A DNA stretch of 62,570 bases, counting the filler, from Collodictyon triciliatum (lineage: Eukaryota), in NCBI GenBank assembly GCA_043381765.1. It is 9 parts of 9 records of this genome, joined end to end, with 100 filler letters (N's around TTAATTAATTAA, not from the genome) between each part and the next. Parts side by side here need not be neighbours in the genome. Positions count along the whole stretch, not along the records: positions 50,831 to 58,386 come from JBHJMP010003840.1; positions 58,487 to 62,570 come from JBHJMP010003843.1; 7 more parts are not named here. One strand, written 5' to 3'. Below are positions 53,645 through 62,570 of the stretch, one piece after another. Positions within the stretch are counted from its first letter, which is position 1, and every line of letters begins with the position of its first letter. The position numbers and the translations under genes are program-made. The notes beneath the pieces were generated by a model. That model was not told the origin of the DNA. It ran no database searches and saw only the letters and a program-made list of their open reading frames with translations.

Positions 53645-54852
53645 TTCTATATGTCCAAGAGATTTATCCATAGCGTGGTTGATATTTTTTCTCAGTTACT
53701 CTTGCAATATTGCTTGGCTTTTCCCTTCTACACATAAAGTAAATACGATATTATCAAAAACTTCGTTGAGTAAATGCTCCGATTCAGTCAGAGACAAAAA
53801 AGAGAGACAAAAGGTGATGATAGAACACAAAAGATATATTGAAAGAATCAATTTTAAGAACCATTCACTAAATTTGAATCGAATAAAGAAAAAAAAGAAC
53901 CATTCACCAAAACATAGTCTCCTTGGTTCATCCATCAGTTGGATTATTTCTATTTCAAGAAATACAGTTGTGTGCAGCACCCTAGAAAATGATTATAGCA
54001 TCTCGAACCGTACTAACGATGCATTCATCAACTTTCTGTCTTCCTCTGCTGTTACAACATGCATCAAGTTGTAGCAAAAGCATCTCACTGTAGTTTTCGA
54101 ACATTATTAAGCAAGTAAGGGCACTATATGACCTCCGCTTTCTGTTGAAGTGTGTTCATCAGTATTCATTCTTGCAATAGTTTTCTTGGACATCAATCAT
54201 TCAGTCAAATAAGAAGTGAGCAGCGGAGAATTGGTTCCTTTTTCTCCAAATGTTTCAACAAATCACTTTTGTTGATATCAGATATTGTTTTCTTCATGCG
54301 TTAATATCTTATACTCGTACAATATTTTAGTTGCTGATTAATTGTTATTTCTAAAAAATAGAATAAAATAAAATAAAATTGCAATTATACCCAAATCAAA
54401 AAAAAAATCATAGCTATATAAGGATACCTTAACATAAGCCTTAAAAAACAGAAATTAGAAAATATGGCATGAAAGGAAGAAAAGAAAGAAGACTTGGGAG
54501 CTGTTAATCCTATTAAAGTCTTGATTTTCAATTTCTCTTTTAAACTTTCATTTTATGACTAATATATATTGCACAGCCGTCATTGGTTCGAATGGTGTTC
54601 TCACATGATTATGACGCTGCCGAAGATATTAGACTTTACACCATTAATACGAAACTCAATACTTGAGCAAACACATGATTTGTGCATGCACCCTGAAGCG
54701 ATCCATGCTTTTCTCAACCCCCTCGCTATTTTTCACGACTACATAGCATCGCAAAATATTTACTCCAAGGCATCAGTGTGTAATGGCCCCACTTTATTCA
54801 GTCAAGCCAAGGGTAAGTATCTCAAATTCGACCTCCACGGCGTTCAGCAGAA

Positions 54853-57800
54853 TCATCCCAAAGAATTAATATATTGAATCTGAGAATAAAATCGCGACAG
54901 CAAGGAACGCAGAGAATCTGAAGAGAGTCGTAAAAACCCCTCGCTGGATGAAACCTGAGACAAATATAATCAAAACAAATTTATATGTATTAGACACTTT
55001 GATAAATTAATAAGACAAACAAGTAAAAAAAAAATATCTACAACGAATGGGCATACCTCTGCCCAGTTGTCGAGGCAGAATAGTTCACACATCAACATTA
55101 ACTTTCTGGTTCCGTATTGGGCAGAAATAGAGTATGTATCGCAAACGCTTTGGATATCGATGCTCTCAGAGAGCGTCTTTAATTAAATATGAAAAGTGAA
55201 GTAAGGCCTTATTGTCACTGAATAGACGAGCTATCAAAGGACAGCATCATATGTAAATGAGTAGTTTTTTTTTTTTTTTAAAAAAAAATAGCCAGACCAA
55301 ATCCTATACCTGCTCGATTCTTAGCAAGAGACCCTCGACCTTAAAATAATCCGCAGCGATTAAAAGCTCGTAAATATTCTCCTCGTCAATTTCTGTAGGC
55401 TGATTGTAAATGAATCCCACGACGAGTAATAGAATATTCGGCTTGACGATGCTAACTGACAGATGCTCACCGTCTATGTTTTCATTGAATAATCATAGTG
55501 CTTAAAAGTAATCGACACACGATCGCAAAATTCAAAGAGCTTGAGTATGTCCTGTACCTCTGGACTCCTTCATTTGATTTCCGAACATCACCTTGAAGTA
55601 GTCGCTCCCTCGAATCAGGACACTCTACAATCAAATAGAATATATACGGTCAATTATTTAAGACAAAAGTGGTATGTTTTATTACATATTATATAAAAAT
55701 ATGTTTGTTGTTACTGGATGAATATAAACCTTATGTGCGTGGATTATGATTCCATCAGACTCTATTTTAATATCGAAATCTTGCGGGTTATTGAATGGTA
55801 AGTTTTCTGGATTCAACCTCTCTGGGTAGTGAAAGCTAGGGGTTATTTCCCCTAAATAACGTATATTTCATAAATAAATCATTTAGGCGTGCGAAGGATT
55901 GATTTTTAACCTATCATAAAAAATGTAGTATAGCTGTGGCAGGATGCCTCGCAATGACTGAAATATTAAATTTTGAATTACTTTTATATGCTCTAATTTT
56001 GAAATCCTTGACCTCCTTCGCCGTGGGCAGTATCAGGTCTCCATAACTAACTTCTGCAATCTACCGACATAAGCGCTTCAGTTTTTTTTGATAGTGCGAC
56101 TTGAGCCAATTACTTGGGCCAGTATTATATTGTGAATATGCGAGTTTTTATGGCTGAATTAAGCCGTAATTATTGTGCCCACCACTTCCTGCTGAAGTTC
56201 TCCACTTTCATCTTTTCTTATTCTCAACATCTCATCATCACAAGGAACCTGTCGAAATTTACAGTCGTAACTATTACGAAGCGAATGATGAACATTGGAT
56301 ACTGCAAGTCCATATCATTTGTATATATGGTCATTCCTCTCACCACTAGTATACCACCAGGGGCCAGATACTGCAACAGGTCATTTAACTTATCTTTCGG
56401 ACATTGAGCACCGCAATGAATGCGGTCAAATGAAGGGAGAGGATCAGATGCATCATTTAAAAAGCAGTTCCGAAGAATACATTTGGAGGCACTGCTCGAA
56501 AGAAGGGGTTAAAAAAAAAAGGCAACTATCAGTTAAGCAAACGCCATATTCGACATTAAAATTAAGAAATGGAAATGTACCTAATATCTACTTCATCTCC
56601 CTTTTGATGGCGAAATGTGCGAATATTTTCATTTGCAAAGTCAACAATACTTTGTCGAATGTCGATTCCGATGGAAAGTCCTGTCTATTCAGCGCGACAA
56701 AAAAATGACAAAAAAAAAACCATAAAAATGGTCAAATTTTTCGATTTTTTTTATTGCATAATATCAATCAATCAATCAAATCAATCAACCAATCAATCAA
56801 TCGAATCAAATCAAATCAAACAAATCAATCAACCGAATTAAAGCAAATCAAAATCAAACAAAATCAGACAAAATCAAATCAAATCAAATCAAAAAAATTA
56901 TTCTATTATAATCAATACTAGTACCGGTCCAACAAGATATGCTCCCAAAGCAGTCATGTGCCCACATCCACATCCAATATCCAGAAATTTCATTCCTGGT
57001 TCGATATCCAAATGGCCTAGACACCTTGCATACATATGAGGCGCCCTGCAACATATTTTTTATTTAGTTTTTTTTTTTTACAAAGATATTATGAATTCTC
57101 GCAATTGGGTAACAAACAAACAAACAAACAAACAAACAAACAAACAAACAAACAAACAAACAAACAAACAAACAAACAAACAAACAAACAAACAAACAAA
57201 CAAACAAACAAACAAAGTAAAACGACTTTACTATCTCTCAATATATTACATGATGATTTGAATACAATTTTTTTTTAAAAGGCATTCAAGAATGGTGGGG
57301 TGCTTGTGTCTTACGAAACATTAAATTTGTATTTTTTCAAGCGAATGGGGCGATCTTCAAATGCCATATCCTGAGGTTGATTAGTAAGTACAAATACTTT
57401 GAATTTTACACTGTCAATTTTCATATTCTATTGTTGATACTGGTTTTTTTATTCTCTACTCTCAAAAAAAAGAGGTCATCATCGAAGATATATACATATA
57501 TATATATAATAAAGTCAGTAACAAAATCGAAAATTGTGGACTAAGCATGGAATGAGGTCTTCTACCTTTTGTTCAGTGGGGAAGAAATAGAATCTAGAGA
57601 TACTTTCCATGGCCCTTTTTGTACGCTCATCCTGAGTGAGTCCCTGTTATGAGGCATACGTGAGCAATTTTTTTATCTTGAAAATAATGATTTTTCTCCC
57701 TTCAGAGTCAAATTATTGTTAAGAAGTTCATATCAAAAAGCAAATCATCAGAATGCACCAATATTCTACGAATAGACGGCTAAATTACGATTTTAAAAAA

Positions 57801-58149
57801 AACCTTCGCGTGTAGATATCCGATTAGCTGTATAAATGATGGATGGTATTGTTGAGAGGGCATTCCAAAATCAGACCGAAGTCGAAGCAAACCAGAGAGA
57901 GATTCGAAAAGAACAAATGATAACGTTTTTAGTAGAATGCAAGCAGGTAAGTACCTTTTCCTTTTTAAATCACAAAAACATACTCGTACTGATAATCCAC
58001 CTTCAGAAGGTAAAAGAGAATTGAAAGGGGATAATTTTGTAGAATTAATCCTGCTTGGTAAGTATGATTACCGATTCATGGTCTTTGAACTTAATTTCAG
58101 ATTGGTCACCCACGAAGTATGATAGCAACGCTGAGAAATCTTGTGGATC
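54853..58149 (-). CDS. Protein-L-isoaspartate O-methyltransferase (PCMT-like) fused to BTB-BACK; many short exons, 5'-partial
   Basis: PCMT part: FKDHES|LIGYLHAK|GLTQDERTKRAMESISRFYFFP|...AFEDRPIR...NVS|APHMYARCLGHLDIEPGMKFLDIGCGCGHMTALGAYLVGP|TGLSIGIDIR...FDRIHCGAQCP...LAPGGILV|VP...VSYGDLILP. It continues in phase into BTB (DIKIESDGIIIHAHK|SVLIRGSDYFKVMFGNQMKES...FIY...YELLIAADYFKVEGL) and BACK (CELFCLDNWAE|VSSSEGFLRLS). Confidence 0.85.
57111..57216. repeat. (AAAC)n intronic microsatellite
   Basis: Direct reading. Confidence 0.95.
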
Positions 58150-58386
58150 CTAATAGTGAATAAAAAAGAAAAGAAAAGAAAAGAAAAGAAAAGAAAAGAA
58201 AAGAAAAGAAAAGAAAAGAAAAGAAAAGAAAGAGAAAAGAAAGAGAAAAGAAAGAGAAAAGAAAGAGAAAAGAAAGAGAAAAGAAAGAGAAAAGAAAGAG
58301 AAAAGAAAGAGAAAAGAAAGAGAAAAGAAAGAGAAAAGAAAACAACTTCTCAGTGATAATAACTCTAAGCTCAATATTAAGTTATT

Positions 58387-58486
58387 NNNNNNNNNNNNNN
58401 NNNNNNNNNNNNNNNNNNNNNNNNNNNNNNTTAATTAATTAANNNNNNNNNNNNNNNNNNNNNNNNNNNNNNNNNNNNNNNNNNNN
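58387..58486. other. Artificial contig spacer
   Basis: N44-TTAATTAATTAA-N44. Confidence 0.98.
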
Positions 58487-58515
58487 CAAGCTTATATTTT
58501 TATCTTGGGAAATGT

Positions 58516-58875
58516 ATGATTGTAAACTACGCACAACGAGGAGCACGAGGAGTTGGTCGATTCCTTACTACATCAACTAACAGAGCTATTCGAAGATTGG
58601 AGGGACTTAACGACGCCTATAACAGACTAGATGATGCGAGTATGGGGTTGGTTGATAATTTACTTACAACAAGTGGAGTAAAGCCAGCCATCCAAACAAT
58701 TACCAACCCTTTAGTCTCTAGTATCAAGGCAGCTAATTACCTGGGACGGGGTTTGAGTACCTTGGGTGAAATGGACTTGAAAAAGATAAACACTAAATCA
58801 CTGGGTTCCGGCATCCACGATTTGGGGCAGGCTTATGCCTTAACAACTCACGGTAGGGAACTCCGATTTAGATAA
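58516..58875 (+). CDS. Hypothetical viral protein (119 aa), basic and Gly/Ala/Leu-rich with amphipathic character
   Basis: Clean ATG-to-TAA ORF upstream of the capsid gene; shares its upstream motif. Confidence 0.65.
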   Translation: MIVNYAQRGARGVGRFLTTSTNRAIRRLEGLNDAYNRLDDASMGLVDNLLTTSGVKPAIQTITNPLVSSIKAANYLGRGLSTLGEMDLKKINTKSLGSGIHDLGQAYALTTHGRELRFR

Positions 58876-58926
58876 AATGGGATATGCGTTTAGCCCCTCT
58901 TATAATGGGTAGGGTTGTGTATTGGT

Positions 58927-59064
58927 TAATTTCCCCTTACTCTTTTATATAAGGGGTATATATGCATAACTATATGTACACCCTTACTTGTACAGGTATA
59001 TAAATATAAAGTTATAGGATACCTTACCCCATTTTATATGAAAAAGAGCTAGGGTGGTAAATTA
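58927..59064. promoter_or_regulatory. Long imperfect inverted repeat (hairpin) between viral ORFs
   Basis: Left-arm blocks TAATTT, CTCTTTT, ATATAA, GGGGTA, ATAACT and ACC are mirrored in order by their reverse complements in 58995-59064. Confidence 0.65.
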
Positions 59065-59157
59065 TAAAGTTTGAAAAGGGAGCCGTGCAATTGGAGCTGT
59101 GCAGAGCAGCTTTTTATTTTATTGCGTTTGATTTGAAATTAATTTCTCAGGTATGTT

Positions 59158-60718
59158 ATGGAGTACCCTAGCGAAGCAAAGTATATAAAGATTCGGAACT
59201 ACAATGACAAAGTTTTAGCCCGTCACACAACTCGCATAACGCCTTTTAACGGTGGTATCTTTGGTCCAACTAAAGTAGACAGAATTCTGTGGAATATTCC
59301 TAGCGAGACAGGTATGGAAATAGACATGGACACATTGATGATTCACTTTGACGTCACCATTGTTCCAGGAGCGGGGACAGCTGCCACCCACGATTATTTT
59401 TTTAACAACTCGATCGAATCAATTATTCAAACACTCCGAATTAGGAAAGGTACTAGTTTCCTTTTAGAGGATATACAACGGTATAATTACCTAGATAGTA
59501 TGTTTATGAATTATGTGGCTGATGACTACAACAAATGTGTAGGTGCCGCGACAATGGGAATCGGGGACGCCTATGAACGAATTTTTAATCATAAATCAGA
59601 GAATAATGCAATTAATTCAGATCTAGTTAAAAAAAAATTATACGATACCATTGAGATTGTCAGGAATCTCTCAGTATTCGGGTTTAATTAGTACATCACT
59701 GATTGATACAACGGCTGCCTTCCAAATCGAAATAGAATTGGCTCCTGCTAATCAATGCATGCAGGCATATAGACGCGACGGTACTGTTGCTGATGGATTG
59801 AGTACGCCTGATACAACAGCGACTTATGAAGTAACAAATTGTTTTATAACATACGATCTAGTTAGAATGGCCCTAGAGTATCATGCTCAGCTTCAGAGCT
59901 CGATCAGCAGAGGAGTACCGTTTCAGATTCCGTATAAGACTTGGCGCACGAGTCTTTACAGTCTACCAGCTGCAACACAAAATATAGTTTACAATATTAA
60001 CGATACTGTGAAATCGTTAAATGCTGTATATGTGGCATTTTTTGACGCTGCCGAGCAGGGGAAGCTTTTGATACCGGGTCGTGACCGAAAGCATTTTCCT
60101 CAGAAATTAAAGACGGCGCAGCTTCAACTAGGTAGCTTTTATTATCCTCTCCAGCCAATGGACTGTTTAAATGGAGCAAGTCAAGTATTTCTAGAGGTGC
60201 AGAAAGCGATGGGTCTGACTTTTGTTAGAAGTGAATATACAGGGCCGTTTGGTTATAACGGCCAACATTTTGCTAGACCACCTGTTGATCGTACATTTAA
60301 TTTACTAACCGGATTTAATGGAGTCCAGCCAGTTACAGTAAAAAAAGGAGGTGTTGATATTGTGGCACCATATGGTCTAGTGGGAGCACAGGCTGTTGAT
60401 ACTTCATATAATGCGTTAAGACAAGGTGATGGCACAGCATTGGAGGAGTATGATGACCCATCAGTCGCTAGATTTTTGCGTGAGGGATGTGAGAATCCTT
60501 GTGAGTTTATGCTAGGCTTTAATCTAAAAAAGGTATTAGATATAGCCGAGGGGGAGATTGTCGGAACAGATATCCAGTCTTCCGGCAGCGGCTTGATGAG
60601 TTTGAGATTAGAGTTTGAAGATAACACTGCAACAAAGTCATACAATGTATTGGTAGCTAGTCTATATGACGCCGTGCTTGAAATCCAAAGTAATCAACAA
60701 ACGTTCCGAGTGGAATAA
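59158..60718 (+). CDS. Major capsid protein, double-jelly-roll Polinton-like-virus type (about 519 aa once one extra A at 59629-59637 is removed)
   Basis: ITPFNGGIFGP...ILWNIPS...IDMDTLMIHFDV; SIIQTLRIRKGTSFLLEDIQRYNYL; YTIPLRLSGI; FQIEIELAP; YEVTNCFITYDLV; IPYKTW; SLNAVYVAF; QLQLGSFYYPLQPM; FMLGFNLKK; GTDI; YDAVLEI. The order and spacing of these beta-strand motifs match PLV-type capsid proteins as I recall them. Confidence 0.8.
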
Positions 60719-60733
60719 TTTTCTAATATGTGT

Positions 60734-60889
60734 ATGGACGCAGTTACTATTATATCCTTGTTGATGACCTGTGTGCTTGTGATAGAGCGCGTGTGGAAAT
60801 ATACAGTTGATCATTTGAAGCGGTCAAGTTGTTGCGGGGGTAGTGTTGAATTTAAAAGCGAAAAGGATTTATTACATCCGTCGGTATAA
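60734..60889 (+). CDS. Small single-TM Cys-motif protein (51 aa), not in the ORF track
   Basis: MDAVTIISLLMTCVLVIERVWKYTVDHLKRSSCCGGSVEFKSEKDLLHPSV*; begins 15 nt after the capsid stop (alternative ATG at 60728). Confidence 0.7.
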   Translation: MDAVTIISLLMTCVLVIERVWKYTVDHLKRSSCCGGSVEFKSEKDLLHPSV

Positions 60890-60950
60890 AATTGAAATGT
60901 TGTATAATATTATACCACATATCAAAACCTTAGACAGTCAAGCAATTACA

Positions 60951-61298
60951 ATGGTCACAATAACCCGCACCCAAATATTTCAAGGCAATAATTACAACTA
61001 TGTTGTTACTGAGTACAGTACGGGCACGCACGATTTCAGAATTGTGTTTACCGATGGCGAGGCCATTGGCTACACTGTACTGCTTGAAGACTGGGAGAAA
61101 CTTACATTGTCTAATGCGAGAACCAAAGCACTGTGGAGAACAAGGATGGAGGATATAGTTATGACACACGTGCATTTTAATGGCACTGGCCCAGGCGATG
61201 AAGTTACTGCTGAGAGAATTCAAAGACACTTGGAGGCTACACAATCTGCTGCCTGGGGAGCTTTGAATGTGCCGGTTTACGCAACCCAAATCCAGAAG
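60951..61298 (+). CDS. Hypothetical protein of the viral segment, 3'-truncated by the N gap
   Basis: Open frame MVTITRTQIFQGNNYNYVVTEYSTGTHDFRIVF...VYATQIQK; no family recognised. Confidence 0.55.
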
Positions 61299-61782
61299 NN
61301 NNNNNNNNNNNNNNNNNNNNNNNNNNNNNNNNNNNNNNNNNNNNNNNNNNNNNNNNNNNNNNNNNNNNNNNNNNNNNNNNNNNNNNNNNNNNNNNNNNNN
61401 NNNNNNNNNNNNNNNNNNNNNNNNNNNNNNNNNNNNNNNNNNNNNNNNNNNNNNNNNNNNNNNNNNNNNNNNNNNNNNNNNNNNNNNNNNNNNNNNNNNN
61501 NNNNNNNNNNNNNNNNNNNNNNNNNNNNNNNNNNNNNNNNNNNNNNNNNNNNNNNNNNNNNNNNNNNNNNNNNNNNNNNNNNNNNNNNNNNNNNNNNNNN
61601 NNNNNNNNNNNNNNNNNNNNNNNNNNNNNNNNNNNNNNNNNNNNNNNNNNNNNNNNNNNNNNNNNNNNNNNNNNNNNNNNNNNNNNNNNNNNNNNNNNNN
61701 NNNNNNNNNNNNNNNNNNNNNNNNNNNNNNNNNNNNNNNNNNNNNNNNNNNNNNNNNNNNNNNNNNNNNNNNNNNNNNNNNN

Positions 61783-61925
61783 CAAACCCTTGCATACTTT
61801 CCAATCCAAATATTTATTGATACATCCAATCGATATAATTTGCTATATATTTGCCATCTTTCGCCGAGTTGAGGAAACACTTTGTAAGTAATTTGATCAT
61901 TAATTATAATTCCAAGGTATTCTTA
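61783..61925 (-). pseudogene. Possible decayed non-LTR reverse transcriptase fragment
   Basis: The minus frame reads *EYLGIIINDQITYKVFPQLGERWQIYSKLYRL, resembling the RT 'YLGI' motif and thumb; it is preceded by an in-frame stop. Confidence 0.3.
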
Positions 61926-62343
61926 GAAATTTACAACCAAATACTAAGTCTTAACCATAAAAAAAAAAATAACTGTGAAAGGACACACTGATACCTCAAT
62001 TACTCGCTTCATTTATAGGGGATAAATCATGCCCATGATTTGGTTTCCTTTGTTTTGTGTATTTTTTCACTGTGCTTTCTTCGTTCACACACCTTTTTTC
62101 ATTTCTTTTTGCGAATTGTTGAAGAAATGTACCTTTTTGCGCGCGTTTATTGTTTTTCTCACGCCCAAAGTCGGGCTTTGGTTGAAAACAGTGGTTCGCG
62201 TCAGATTCTTCTAACATCCAAAGTTAAATAACGAAGCCAACAATTTTTCAACTAATTCTGACCACCAAGTATATCACATTACTCAGATTTCGTCCGTTAT
62301 GTAAAACAACACATTTAGTGAGACAATCATACCACCATGGTAG

Positions 62344-62494
62344 TTTTTTTTTTTCACCCCCTTTATTCGATTCAAAGTGCAACAAGGTTATGCCATGCAA
62401 GGGGCGAGATGTGCATATGTCAGAGCAAACGCAAGTAAGAGATGCTACTGTGAAGAAGCAAACGCTAGAAAGAAATCAGTGATAGCGAGTTGGT
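62344..62494 (-). mobile_element. Second copy of the retroelement-like 3' end, with AATAAA and an A11 tail
   Basis: Homologous to 50276-50420; the minus strand reads ...GAATCG-AATAAA-GGGGGTG-A11. Confidence 0.6.
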
Positions 62495-62570
62495 TGGGGG
62501 GGGGGGGGGGGGGGGGGACGTACAGGGTCGATGCAGCAGGGGCGCGACGGGGGTGGGGGGGGGTGGGGGG

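Larger units (their letters stand above)
58487..61298 (+). mobile_element. Fragment of a Polinton-like virus or virophage-type element, probably endogenous
   Basis: Four co-oriented, intronless, microsatellite-free ORFs including a capsid-like gene. The left end is cut by the contig edge and the right end is lost in the N gap at 61299-61782. Confidence 0.75.

Noticed and set aside
53696-54193. Possible small spliced minus-strand gene (MSKKTIARMNTDEH...)
   Set aside because: Splice sites are plausible but there is no motif support; too weak to call.
57836-58024. Plus-strand ORF MMDGIVERAF... with a GTAAGT donor-like site
   Set aside because: It lies antisense within an intron of the PCMT-BTB gene and has no recognisable motif or supported continuation.
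27834-61298. An apparent 'defence island' of NLR-like gene, Roco kinase and virus
   Set aside because: They lie on different contigs separated by artificial spacers, so the adjacency is an artefact.
62495-62570. Poly-G tracts as G-quadruplex or telomeric sequence
   Set aside because: They are irregular, lie at the window edge, and may be a low-complexity part of the retroelement or a sequencing artefact.

Overview
Eukaryotic draft-assembly DNA, probably from a flagellated protist. It is AT-rich, intron-dense (GT-AG), full of microsatellites and uses the standard genetic code. The window is not one locus: nine short contigs (mostly about 7.6 kb) are joined by eight artificial 100-nt N44-TTAATTAATTAA-N44 spacers, so gene neighbourhood is meaningful only within a contig. 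Spliced genes reconstructed by hand: EH-domain endocytic protein, ATG8, hexokinase, a small ankyrin protein, eIF6, a DENN protein, a Mei2-like RRM protein, a probable two-domain sulfotransferase, POC1, PP1 inhibitor-2, a URC1/urg1-type GTP cyclohydrolase II-like enzyme and a 2-phosphoglycerate-kinase-like P-loop NTPase. Four things stand out. (1) A Polinton-like-virus segment with a double-jelly-roll-type major capsid gene split by one extra A, a small transmembrane 'CCG' protein missed by the ORF track, candidate giant-virus-style promoter motifs and a long intergenic hairpin. (2) A >2000-aa NLR-like NACHT-pentapeptide-WD40-Sel1 protein whose N-terminal part ends in a ubiquitin-like LxLRGG tail directly followed by a cryptic myristoylation motif. 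(3) A protein-L-isoaspartate methyltransferase fused to BTB-BACK, invisible in the ORF track. (4) A Roco kinase with one LRR per exon, a non-RD catalytic loop and a C-terminal CaaX box. All family assignments come from motif recognition by eye; no database search was run.
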